Assembly: GCF_036321535.1 (NCBI RefSeq)
Contig: NC_087436.1
Location: 22,012,001 to 22,076,000 of the forward strand
DNA length: 64,000 nucleotides
Direction: 5' to 3'
DNA from: Camelus dromedarius
Taxonomy: Eukaryota
This document shows positions 37,271-49,899 of this stretch, one piece after another. Numbering within the stretch: the stretch's first letter is position 1; each line of letters opens with the position of its first letter. Below the pieces are notes generated by a model. The model was not told the origin of the DNA. It saw only the letters and a list, made by a program, of their open reading frames with translations, and made no database searches. The position numbers and the translations under genes were made by a program.

Positions 37271-38539
37271 TACCATGAGACTTACCACTCAATACCACAA
37301 GCCTCTGTTTATAGGCTAGCTCTCCTTCAGACTGTGAGCTCTTGGAACAGGTACCGTCTGATTCATCTTTGCATCCCCAGTTTCTAACCCATTGTTTTTT
37401 CCTGAAAAATTTGTGTTGAAGAAAAAAAAGATAGAAATGAAAAAGATTTAAAAACAGTAAGAAAAAAAAAAAAAAGAAGAAGAAGAAGGGAGCCAGATAG
37501 TGCAGTGTCCTAGAAGCCACATTAGGGGAAAATTTTCAGATGGAGATGAAGGTCAGTGTTGCCTGGCTCTACAGAGATATCAAGGAAGGTGAAGAAAGAT
37601 GACTGGATTTAGTGAATGGGAGGGCACTAGCCTTTCAGAAAATAGATGTTGAGGAGATTACTAGAGTTCAAGGGATTAAGGAATAGGTGAGGGGATGAGA
37701 TTGCAAATACTGGGTAGCAAAAAGAAGTAAGAGGAAAGGAATGTGAGTGAACACACAGCAAGGTTTTAGTTTAGGGTAAGTTAGGGTAAGTTTGAACACA
37801 TTTGTCGAGGAGATCTGGGCCACTCAAGCAAACTGCAGGAGGCCCTAGGAGTTCTGGGGTAGCGGGTAGTAGGGGTCCCAGGACAGAGAGATGGAGATTT
37901 CTTGATAACTAGTCTTAACTTTACTAGAAATTCTTTATTCATTATTATTATTTTTAATTATAAAGTTTCTTCTGCAGCAGTATTTATGTTACAGTCCCTT
38001 CCTTGAATTGATTTACCAAGTGAGAAGTAATGAAATAGTGGGCTTGAACCTATCCCATTTGGGTAATAAGAGGAAGTAACAGTTATTTTTATGATGTGTT
38101 TGGAGTTTCTGTTGGGAAAGAATCATTGTGTTATGTGAAGGTTACCAGTAATATGACTTCCTTAAGAAACATGAAGAGAAGTATTACCTAATCATTTCTC
38201 AATTAACTAGTTTGACAAGCTCCAGGAATCCATAGTGATTATGAGAAAAGAAAATCATGGGGAAGAATGAGAGAAAGAATATACATGTATATGAAATTAC
38301 ATTCAGTTATGGCTTATATGCTCCCTTCCCATAGCATCTCAAAAATAATGCAAGATGGAAAGAAAGCACTTTTTTCTTTTTGGGGGGTGTTTCTTCTTTA
38401 CATCTTCCAAAATGTTTACCCAAGCGGGTTTTGCTAAGAAATCCAGATCGCTGAAAATAAATTATAAGGGAAATTTTTTTCGAACAATAGTCTCTGAGAT
38501 TATGATTAAGATGGTGAGCTGGGTTCATCTGAACAGGGG

Positions 38540-38745
38540 TTTATTTCCAGGTACTGACACTTAGGAATTCTGTGAGCGTGGGCCAGTTACTTTATCTCTC
38601 TGGGCCTCAGTTCATTCAGCAATGAAATGACAATAGGAGTAAATATTACAGAGGGCGGTTTTAAGGACAAAATGATATGACTGGTGTAAGTCTCCTAGTG
38701 TAGTGCCTGACCTGTGTTAGCTCCTCAGTGCATGCTGGCTGGTGT
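38540..38745 (+). mobile_element. MIR SINE
   Basis: ctgtgagcgtgggccagttactttatctctctgggcctcagttc...ttttaaggacaaaatga...tagtgcctgac. Confidence 0.75.
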
Positions 38746-38760
38746 TACTGTGGCCTCAAA

Positions 38761-38822
38761 ATGATGATGATGGTGATGATGATGACGACGATGACGGTGA
38801 CGGTGATGGTGACGATGGTGAT
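38761..38822. repeat. Compound (GAT/GAC/GGT)n trinucleotide repeat
   Basis: atgatgatgatggtgatgatgatgacgacgatgacggtgacggtgatggtgacgatggtgat. Confidence 0.9.
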
Positions 38823-39054
38823 ATTTGTCTGTATTTTAGCACCACAATTAACTGTGGAAATTCTTCATTTTAGAAAATTTTTTGTTTGTTTTGCTTTAAC
38901 AGTAACTGCAGAAAGGCTCTCAATTGGGAATGTGATAAAACCTAGTGCTTCCTAACTGACTTTCTACATATTTATGTTTAAAGGAGTGTCAGTGAACATG
39001 CAGAAAGGTCTTATTTATATTGTAAATGGGTAACCGTCATCATCCTTGTCATTA

Positions 39055-39285
39055 ACAACAGCAACATCTTAATAGCACTGCTCTGTATCACACACCGTTC
39101 TCTAGGCTTTACATATTTGATCATTTAAGAGTCACAAAATACTAAGAGATAGATTCTATGAATATGGTCCCTATTTTCCAGATGAAAAAATTGAGACTCA
39201 GAGAGGTACAAAACTCTTAAGTAGAAAATGTTTGGCCATAAACCAGGACACTTTAGCTCCAGGGTCTTTGTGCTAATTAATCACT
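39055..39285 (-). mobile_element. MIR SINE
   Basis: tcatttaagagtcacaaaatactaagagatag...ctattttccagatgaaaaaattgagactcagagaggt. Confidence 0.75.
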
Positions 39286-41079
39286 GCATTTTAAATGACC
39301 ATAAATAACATGGTAAATAATACTTATTGTCTAGATACCTATTACATTTCACCACAAGAGTGTTTTTACTTGTATAGTTTAGGTCTCAAAGGGAGAAATT
39401 CTAGCAATTTCACTAAAATGTATTTTTCTCTAAGTGCTTGAGATTTATGATCTTAGGATTTCAACACCTTAAAAGGTCAAATGCTGTTACTCAATTCATC
39501 TCCTCAAACACTTTCTGCTTTATGAAAGGGCACCAATCCATTCAGTATGGATGCAGAAGGAGAATTTATGGCACATACAGGTCTGGGCTCTTCAATCAGA
39601 GTTCTTTCCACTATGCTGTGTAACATAGAGTCAGATTTTCAAAATAGTAATTGTTAGAGCCTGCAGCTATTTGAGACTGGCCCCTGTTTTGGCCAAGGAA
39701 AGAAATGATTCAGTTTAAAACCTTCTATATTTCAAGTCCAGAAGGAGACTTCATGCCCTTATATTTATTTATTTACTTGTAGGTAGATACTGAGGGTAAG
39801 ACTTGGTTCAGGTCCGATATCGGGGTAAAATCTACTTAAACCATCATATGAGATACTATTTGTGATGATACCAAGGCAGCAGGGGTAAAGATCCTCAGGC
39901 GTTCAGTTCCGATACGCGAAAACTGAGCTAAAACTCCTTCCTGGAGAAGACACACTTGCTGATGAGAGGAATGGGAAAGATGTCATCAGCCTTACTTACT
40001 TGTTCTCTGGGATGTGTCAGGTGCTCAGTCAGGTACACAGTGCTACCAAGTGTCAGAAGTCAGACTGGAAAGGAAGTCAGGGCTTGGGAAGGGAAACCTA
40101 CCTATCATTGAAACACCTGCCGTCCTCCATTGCAGAATCCAATCCAAGTGGTATTTGCTGTCTGTATTTTTTTTTAATCTTTACTTTTCTTCAATGTACA
40201 GCATTGTGTTATGTAGATATAAGGCTTGGATATCTTTTATCAAGAACTACTTTTATCAAGGTGATTTATTTTTAAGGAAAATCTCAAAGAGATTTAGAAC
40301 TCTACACAACCTCCACAGGGACTCATTGTGCAGAGGTTGGTGTGCTTCGTGAGAGTGGGGCATTTTTCAGTGCATACTGCTGAACAGTGTCCCAGCCTGG
40401 TGATTGACTATTATGAAGGCATTTATTTTTATCTAGAACATGGACATTGGGGATGAACGGACTTGGATTTGAATATTGGCCGTTTGTGAAGACCTTGAGG
40501 ATTTAACCCTCATTTAACCAGGTTTTCTCATTTCTAAAAGGAGGTGTAAATAAGAAAATGAATATAAACTGCAATATTGGCTAAATAATCAATTCTACTC
40601 CTACTGGCATATCAGTATGTTCTGTCAGAGGTTTTATAGGCATGGGGCCGAAGCCAAGCCAATGAGACATTACCTGATCTTTCAGGATTTTGTTTTTCCT
40701 GGAAACATTGGAGGAGGAAGCCCTCCTTCTTAGCCAGTAAGATGATGTTCTCAGCACCCTTGTTGTTTCTTGGGAAGAATCTGTCTGAGAACAAGGGGGA
40801 AAAAATCAGACCCCCAAGAGTTCAAATGATACTCAGCACCACGTTCTAGGTCTGCCTGAACAAGTATCACTCCTGGGGACTCTAAGGCAGCTGACAAATT
40901 CCAACATCCCCTGCTTTTCTTTCTCCTTTTTTCCTCTTTCCTTCTTTCCTTGTTGTTGGCCCCTCCTCCTCTGCCTCATCCTCTCTCACCATCACTGTAA
41001 GAAACATCCGAGCTCCTTAGCTTCTCTCCTTGAAGTGATGCAGGCTTATTATCTCAGCAGTGTCTTCTTTCACTCCCCC

Positions 41080-41450
41080 TCACTCACCTGGAATCCTGAT
41101 TTTCCCCCAAAGGCTTATTTTTCTTGGGTGATTGGACGTCCTGTCATGTCTGTGTTCCTCTGCAGTCTCTTTTCCCTTTCATCAATCACTTATCTGTCTG
41201 CTGTTTCCTGTGCAGCTTCTTTGGGAAGCCTCTCTTGACGTCTTTTTCCCTGAATTTAGGTCACTGTTTTCTCTGATCACCATAACAGTTTGTACAAACA
41301 TACATTCCACCAATTGCTTGGGTAGTTTGAACATTTTGTTTTTTTACATGCCTAGATCATATGCTTTTGACTTACAGGTAGTATCTTTAGCCACTCTGTA
41401 GCCCCACTGCCTTTCAGATTATATGGTTTTTGAATGAACAAGTAAACATG
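41080..41450 (+). mobile_element. L2 LINE 3' end
   Basis: tctttgggaagcctctcttgac...cctagatcatatgcttttga...ctctgtagcccca...ttgaatgaac. Confidence 0.6.
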
Positions 41451-44074
41451 TACAACTTTCATTTTCATAAGTGGTTCTATGGTATGTAGGCATCAGTTAT
41501 TATTATACAGAACACAAAGGAAAAAGACAATAATTACTAATGTTACATGACTGACCAAGGGCATAGGGATGTCATTGTCCAAAATTTTGAATATTGGAAA
41601 AGAAAGGAATTATTATTTGGTTTTGGAGAAACTGCATTTAAATTGATAATGGCACTACTGAAAATAGCAGAATTTAACTCAGTGTGAGATTGATAACATT
41701 CATTGATAAGCAATAAGATAAAGAGGAGAATCATCATTTGACACCAAACCGTTTATTTTTATGCTATATGACTCTTATGTTATAGTGTTACTTGGAAGAT
41801 GTATGAGAAATTAGCTGCTTTCCTTCCAGAAGCAAGAACAGTGACCTTTGTTTTAAAGAGTTATTTGGTATCTGTAAGTTCTAGGGAGTTGTGTGCTAAG
41901 GAAAGTTCACTCCTCCACCTTTAATTTACTTGAACCAAGGTAGGCAAAATCATGCAAACTATTAACCATACAAGAACTACTGAGCTCTCATTTCTGAATA
42001 GAGATGGAAATAACTAAGGAGAGAAGGATATAATGCAGTCAAATTCAACCACCCTTCATGACTGCAATATGCACCTATACATATATATATAAATAAACTA
42101 ATCTAAAATGTTAATCAATAAAAAGATGTAGAATATTCATTTTAGAGAAGCAAATTAGAAGAAATCCAAATATAGATAATTCTATTTTATAATAAAAACA
42201 TTATATTCCTTCTTGGGCTGTCATGTGATACAAGAATAAATTAACACCATTTGTTGAAGCTGAGACCAGGGACCTTGGCAGAAACATGGTCTGAACAGTA
42301 TTTTCTCACAAAATTCAAAAGATTCAAAAGAAGGGGTTGGTTGTGGGAAGTTATTAGGCACTCAATCAGCATTTTCCCTGGGAGAAAACATGAAAATGAA
42401 GATTATTGCATTAACCAGTGTGGTGTTAGTTTAAGGGTGTTTCCAAAGTATTTTTAAAATTTAATTCACATTCTGCATCCCAGCCATTGCACTCCCCTGA
42501 ATTAAGAACTCCAGGTAGTCTGTCAGTACTTTTCAGATAACAGGGTTTTGAATGACCGTCTCCCACAGCACAGGGCTGCTGTCAGGATTGAGGGTGCTAT
42601 CTGTACATTAAGTGAAAAATCAACAAAAGTCTTTTCTACCCCAGACCTTCTTAACTGATCCCAGGGAATATTCTTTTTGCTTCTAAATATGCTTATATGG
42701 TGTCTATTACCATTGTAAATTACCAGCTTATTCACAGCTCTTAATGAAATTGTGCTGAACTAATTATTAGACCTTGTTAATTATGAAGGCCTCCAATATA
42801 ATGGGCCAGTTAACATTTGAAGTTTGTTGAAGTTTCTACAGTGATTTCTATTTAGATTGAATGATCTAAAAAATAGAATTTTGTCTTATTTTCATGCACC
42901 TAGATTTCATTTGTAACCAATACTAAGATATCAGGGTAATTATGTTTTTGCGTCTCCCTTTTATTTCCTTTGACATACACATGTTATCTCCAGAGAATCA
43001 AGCCTCAAGACATAAACTGATGCAGCCAAACAGCCATAATGATCAAAATCCCCACCAGATTCCTGGAAGAATAGCCTGTGTTCCTTGTTTCTATGACATA
43101 GAGGGGCAGCCAGTTACTCAGAGAGAAGTCCTAGAGCATGTTCTTTGTTATCATTATCTCCTTATTCATGAGACCAGCCATGACCTTGCTCATCACCCTT
43201 TGGCAAAAGCCTTCACCCTTTTCCTTTACATTTAAAAACACAGTCCCTGTCATGAATGGAGTCACAAAAAATAAGGAGAAAAAAAACTAACTAAAGAAGA
43301 AAATTACAGATATCAACTCCAAGGAATTCAATGATATCACAAAAGCCAAGAATTATTGAGAAGAGTCTGTTCATGGCCTTGTTAATAATCAAGAAAACTT
43401 CTCAGGCCTTCAGTGAAACAGCTCTCAACATTTCATCCCCTCCACCAAATCTTCATTAATGGAGCTGTGATGATGTAAATATTTGGGGTAAATCCTTCCA
43501 TGCTTCAAATGCAACTCTCATGACTCACTCTCACTTCCCTAATCCTAAATCCATTTAATCCTTGTGTGTCCTTAATGTAAGTATCTCACTGAATCTGAAT
43601 TATGTATTTGCTAGCTCTCCTTATTTTCTTCCCTGTGTTTCCTGAATTACCAAAGGTGTATACAATAATGTCAGTTAGGTGCCTAACGTGAGACAGAGTT
43701 GTTCTCTTAAAACAAGGAAAGATGGAGCTGAGGATCTCAGCACTGAATTAGGAAAAAGAATCTGCCTCCTGTACCGAAGTTGAGATCTATGTATCCTGTT
43801 CCAAGCAGCACCAGGCAGAAGGAAGCTCATATTGTTTGGCACCTTTTTCTTTAATTTACAGGTTAGTCATGTGGACTCTCAATGTCAGCTTATCAGATGC
43901 TTGAAGGACCACAGTATTTTAATACAGTATTTGAAATCTCTAAGTTTTTCTATATTAAGCGTCATATCTTATTTCGTTATCAGAACAGGCTTCTGAAGCC
44001 TCGAACTATCAATTAAGCAAAGTCTGGTTTACCCTATTCTAAACTCTATATTAACAGAGGGTTTTCCTGTTTAA

Positions 44075-44571
44075 TGTGCCTCCACCTGTCCTGCTCCACA
44101 GCCGTTCTTCTCCCCGCTTTTCCGCCCTGCTCTGGCCTCTCACATTTCAAGACCTGAGCTTTCTTGCTTTCAGCTTTACCAAGAGTCTAAATGCGAGGTC
44201 TTGCCGGAGATCAGGGCATGAGGGAGAGAGAAATCTGACAATTTACAGCCCTCGTTCCCATTCCTCAGCCTTGCTCAGGTTCTGAAATTCTCTGCTTTCC
44301 TCTCCTGCCACAGCTCCTGTCCAGTCCTGCAGAACTATTCCAGGCTCCATCGCTCAGCAGGTCCCCAGCAAATGTGGCCCCTCCCCTCTTGCTTCCCACT
44401 AGTGGTGTTGAGGACCGACCGCTGTGGCTACATTCCCTGATGCTTCCCTAGCCGGCCCTTCTTACATTCCTGACCCTCCTGTGACTCTATAAACAGTCCT
44501 TTCCTTTAATCCTCTTCAGTTAAACAATTTTGAGTGCACCACCTGTTTCTTCCTGAGCCCTGATCGATGCA
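44075..44571 (+). mobile_element. Solo LTR, ERVL (LTR33-like)
   Basis: Starts TG (tgtgcctccacctg...ttccgccctgctctg), has ggagatcagggcatgagggagagagaa, ends tttgagtgcaccacctgtttcttcctgagccctgatcgatgCA. Confidence 0.7.
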
Positions 44572-45968
44572 GGAAATACAACTTGCTTTAGGCAGGAAAT
44601 ACATTGTTTATTATATAGCATTTTGCTGATGGTGAAACCCTCAAACTGTAGGACATTTACATTTATTCCACTCTTTCCTCCGTATTGACTACGTCTTATT
44701 TATCTTTGCCTTTCTGAGTCTAGATCAACGCTCAGCACATTGTATCCCTTGTAGGATGCACTGAGAAAATCTTTGTTCAATTGAACTGATGTGAATTCAC
44801 CCTGAATTCTCTTATTTGCAGTGCATCGGACACCGTGAGTAATAATGCTGACTGCATGGAGATTATTGAGTGACAGTTTGCCTACATAACCCTAAAATAG
44901 TCATTTGTATAATCACTTTGCACTTTATTTCTCCTTTTTCATATATGAAATTTATCTTACTTATTCTCATGCAGAAACTTAATTAATGAGTCTTTCAAAT
45001 TAGAAATAGCTGCCTCTAGAATATTTTATTAGCACCATTTATTCTTTAAAATTTTATGCAAAAATTATGATTGTCATTTTGTAATATAGGAAAGAAAACA
45101 CTTTTAAAAATTATTGTTGAATTAAGGTAATGATAGGGTCAATTTACATAATGAGGATGCAAGGTCAAATGGAGAGAGGGAAATACTTGATTATTTAGGC
45201 CATTATTAGTAACTTGAGGAAGAAAATCATTGTAGAAATTTAATGTTTTTTAAAAATAGTGATGTGTGATCTATAATGATGCTTTGTGGTTTTATGCCTC
45301 ACTGAATCTTGGCTGCTTTAGCAAGGCACATGCATTATAATGAGCCGCTGTGTGAAATGACTAATGCTGTGAGTACACATTGCATTTAATTGATGTAGCC
45401 ACATGTCTGAAATAAATGTTTCTTGTAGTGCTGAGTGTAAACCTCTCTAGATTCTTCAGTGTGCACTGCCCATGTCTGAATGTAAAGGTAGGAATCTGAA
45501 AACTGCAGGTTCTGTTGCAAAAGAGAGGGCTGTGGTTGTTCATTTCTTTGTATTTTTCCCTTTGCCCATTACTTATGGGTTGTTTTTATTCCAGTAAGTC
45601 ATTTCTGTAGAGAAGCATAAATAATATCCTCCTTTCACTGCTAAAGCCTCCCTGGTCTCAGTTGATTTTTGCATCTGTGTGTGTCTAGTTTACTGAGAAG
45701 GCCTAGCTCAGTGGGGAACACACACGGTATGGTTTTATTTTTCACCAGTCATTGCTCCCCCATTGTGCTATGTCAAATTCCCCTTCCCAGCTGGGTAGCA
45801 GATCCTTTCGTGACATCTTGGGCAGATGCCGTAACTCTCAAGTCATTTCCTATTACTCAGATTCTGCCCACTTGAAAATTCCAATTTTATTTCTTTTACA
45901 GAACTTTTCCTTTCAATGGGCCAAGCTCGAGTCCCTTGCTCCACTGGGGGGGGGCGTGGCTTGCTTGT

Positions 45969-46050
45969 CCACGCCTCCTGCCCCCTCCTACAGGTCCTTC
46001 ACCTGCGAGCCACACCTCCTGTCCCCTCCTACAGGTCCTTCACCTGCGAG
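45969..46050. repeat. Tandem duplication, 2 x 41 bp, 2 mismatches
   Basis: ccacgcctcctgccccctcctacaggtccttcacctgcgag followed directly by ccacacctcctgtcccctcctacaggtccttcacctgcgag. Confidence 0.95.
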
Positions 46051-46845
46051 CTCAGGGCAGTATGAGTTCACTCGGCTTAGGACACTTTTATTCCTCTCGT
46101 TTTCCTTGCATGCTCAGATGGGGAGAAAAGGAAAAGGAGGAAGAACCATTGCCCCTTTCCTGACTGGAGCAGTTGTCATTTTTCTCTTGTCAGTTACTGC
46201 TGGTCCCCAGGCTCATGCTTCGTCGCTCTTGCATAGCTGGCTCTCTGGTCAGGGGTGTGTATGAGTTTGTTGGAGGTCTCTTGGGGGATGAGGGAACCGT
46301 ACCTTTTGCGCAGGTTCCTGAACCTGATCCTGTTCATGTGCCCTGTAGCCTCTTGCTGCTTGAGGTTCTCATCTGGCTTGCAGCCCTTTTCTGTGGGTTG
46401 CTGGAAAGGTGGTTCCAGTCTACTTCCCTCCCAAGATGCCCACTTGACCTTAGGAACCAAGTAGTGGGAGCACAAGCTGGGACGCCAAAATCATCTCCTT
46501 CCACCTTTGATCTTCGGTTGATTCCCTTTTCCTTTGCTTAGGTAGGTACAGGGAAGATCGAGGTACCCTGCAGTAGGGGAAACCAGAGAGGTGCTAGCAT
46601 CCCAATCTCAGATCTCTCTTATTTAGCTTGTTTGATGGGGACAAACCCTTCCCTTTACCCTTTATCCTTTCCCAATTTTTTTTTTAAATGGACAGGTAAG
46701 TGGAGTCCGGAGGCTAGGGTGATGTTTGGGGGGAGTAGGACGACTTCAGCTGCCTTAAGAAGCTCCGAAGATGAGAAGCCCTTATTGTTTGTAGTTCTCT
46801 TTAGAATGTGGGGTACTTATAGGTACTTATATTCTTTCCATTCTT

Positions 46846-47823
46846 TTTTTTTTTTAACTTTTTTTATTGAGTTATAGTCATTTTACAATGTTGTGTCAAA
46901 TTCCAGTGTAGAGCACACTTTTTCAGTTACACATGAACATACATATATTCATTGTCACATTTTTTTTCACTGTGAGCTACCACAAGATCTTGTATATATT
47001 TCCCTGTGCTATACAATATAATCTTGTTTATCTATTCTGCATGTGCCTGTCAGTATCTACAAATTTTGAAATCCCAGTCTGTCCCTTCCCACCACCCTCC
47101 CCCCGGCAACCACAAGTTTGTATTCTATGTCTATGAGTCTGTTTCCGTTTTGTATTTATGTTCATTTTTTATTTTTTTTTTAAGATTCCACATATGAGCT
47201 ATCTCATATGGTATTTCTCTTTCTCTTTCTGGCTTACTTCACTTAGAATGACACTCTCCAGGGACATCCATGTTGCTGCAAATGGCATTATGTTGTCATT
47301 TTTATGGCTGAATAGTATTCCATTGTATAACTATACCACATCTTCTTTATCCAGTCATCTGTTGATGGACATTTAGTCTGTTTCCATGTCTTGGCTATTG
47401 TAAATACTGCTGCTCATATGACTTAATAAGAAAAAAACAAACAACCCAATCCAAAAATGGGCAGAAGACCTAAACAAGCAATTCTCCAAGGAAGAAATAC
47501 AAATGATCAATAGGCACATGAAAAAATGCTCACTATCACTAATTATCAGAGAAATGCAAATCAAAACTACCATGAGGTATCACCTCACACCAGTCAGAAT
47601 GGCCATCATTCAAAAGTCCACAAATGACAAATGCTGGAGAGGCTGTGGAGAAAAGGGAACCCTCCTACACTGCTGCTGGGAATGCAGTTTGGCGCAGCCA
47701 CTGTGGAAAACAGTATGGAGATTCCTCAAAAGACTAGGAATAGACTTACCATATGACCCAGGAATCCTGCTCCTGGGCATATATCCAGAAGGAACCCTAC
47801 TTGAAAAAGACACCTGCACCCCA
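46846..47823 (-). mobile_element. Young L1 with 5' inversion, 15-bp TSD
   Basis: Poly-T plus antisense 3'UTR/ORF2 end at 46846-47414; sense ORF2 fragment at 47415-47823 ([34 protein letters not shown]...); TSD attctttccattctt at 46831-46845 and 47824-47838. Confidence 0.95.
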
Positions 47824-49899
47824 ATTCTTTCCATTCTTAAAACTAAGCATTAATCACTAATTTGGAGCAACAGGAAAAGCCTCATTTAAAATCTTGTTAA
47901 CTGTTCTCTCATATTCCTGTGGGCAGAGGCACCAGAGAGAGATGTTAGAAAGAGATATATCCTTTTCTGGAATTTATCCAGCCTCACTCCCCATCCCCCC
48001 ACCACCTCTACTCAGGGGATTCTGTTGCCCAGATCAGTAGAAGGAGCCCTGAGGAGGAAACAGCCACGTGGAGTCTAGTGTGGTCTCTGCAGAGCTCAGT
48101 GGCTTTCTGTGACTTCACCCTTCCCTGCCTCGGATAATCCGTCTTGGAGAATGCAGATGAAACTTCTGGCCCTACTTATCTTTCAGGGTTGTTGGAAGAC
48201 AAATGAGATCATATCTAAAAACCCTTTGGAAGGAATGTGATGTATAAATACAGGCGGCATTATATATGAGACACCACCTTAATCATTCTTCCACCCACTC
48301 TAGGATGCGCTGTCTCCGTGCTGTTCTAAATGTAATAGAAAGATCCCCAGACTCAGTGAGCTTTAACATCTTGGTTCTGCTTGGCTCTGAGCACTAACTG
48401 ACCCTATTTCTGTAGGCAAGTTATGTCATCTCTCTGCATTTACCTCCATATCTAAACAATGTGCAGTGGAATAATGGTATTATTTACCCCTCAGAAGCAC
48501 TGTAAAGGCCAAATACAGAGGAGGTAAGAGTGGTCTGTGAGACACAGAACATGTTTTGAAATATATCTGAGTGTCTGTTATGAATATATGCATGTCTAAT
48601 GTAGCTTTACATAATATATAATATATAATATATCCTTATACCTGTCTGTGTGTACACATATGTGTCACATGTATCCCCTCCATTTATGTTAATTACATGG
48701 TACAATTAAGAAATGTCCTGAAAGTTTCATAAATCGATATATACAAATGATACAGACAATTCACTGCAACTCATTCTTATAGTAATTTAAAATTTGTCAC
48801 ACATACATGTTGCGTGTATGTGTGTGTTTATATGTGTATGTGTGTGTATTTACATGTGTGCACACATTTGTAATTCTGGACCCTCTCACAGGTTACCACA
48901 GTTGATTCTAAGCTCTCTTTCTGTACCTCCCCTCTGGTAATGGCACATGGGCTACAACATAGCCAAATGATGTTTAGAAAATAAAAGAACTACAGGGAGT
49001 TCATAGACTTACCTGCATTCATAGATACGTTACTTTAACCCTTCACACGTACTGTAAGCTGTAGTTTCTTCATTTTTTTCTCCTTTTACCTTTTTGTTAA
49101 ATATCTAATCATCTGTGTTCTTACACTCATAATTGATTTCTTTATTTTTTTGGCTTTATTAATTCCCAATTTGGACATACTTAATTTTTAATTGTGTTAA
49201 TTACTCCAACCTCCCTTCCCCACCCCTCTCCGCACTGAAGATTTTGATGGAACTTGTTGAGAACACCACAGCCAGTTTCTTCTGTCTCTCTCCTTCCATC
49301 TCTGTATTGTGATTCCTTAAATTAGCCTTATTAAAGCACAGTTACCCTTATTCCTTAGGACACATTGGGTCATCATCAGGTGTTACCTCAAGGTAAGGTG
49401 TTACAAGAAGCAAACAAATAGGAATAATATATTTCTTTGCATCTTTTTTTGGGGGGGGATGGGTTAAAAAAAAAGAAGTTTCTGCACTTTCTGGAAATGC
49501 CTTTTGAGTCTCCTCTGTCTGACATGTTGTTTTTCTCGCACCCTCTCACCCTCATCTACTGCCTTTACTGAAATGACACTCAACTTCATGGTCAGCTTAG
49601 ACATTCTACCAAGATATCTTCCTAACACTCCGGTCACTAGGGATTTCTCTTTTTTTCTGAGTTCCCATAGCATCTGCGCCATGTTTATATCACCTGTCGC
49701 CCTTTATGGTTATTTGTGAACGTGTTTCTCTTTTGCACTAAGTCTGTGCGTTTCTTAAGTGCATGCTGTACTTACTTTTATGTTTCCCACATCACCGGGC
49801 ATCATGCCTTAAACAAAAGAAAAAAATAATAAGACAAATGTCTGTTGACATGGTGGATTTGTAATATAGTTCATAACGTAGATGCTTATAAAAGTAATT

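Noticed and set aside
37771..37790. ttagggtaag x2 as interstitial telomeric repeat
   Set aside because: It is a 10-bp tandem duplication, not a (TTAGGG)n array.
45752..46264. 170-aa plus-strand ORF
   Set aside because: Non-ATG start, runs through the 41-bp duplication, and no recognisable homology.
46260..46380. PDENLKQQ...RIRFRNLRKR as a homeodomain (ARGFX/DUX-like) pseudogene
   Set aside because: It lacks the invariant WF and the helix spacing is too short.
47503..47853. 116-aa ORF (and 60925-61350, 61076-61438, 47610-47834) as host genes
   Set aside because: These are L1 ORF2 C-terminal fragments or their antisense frames.
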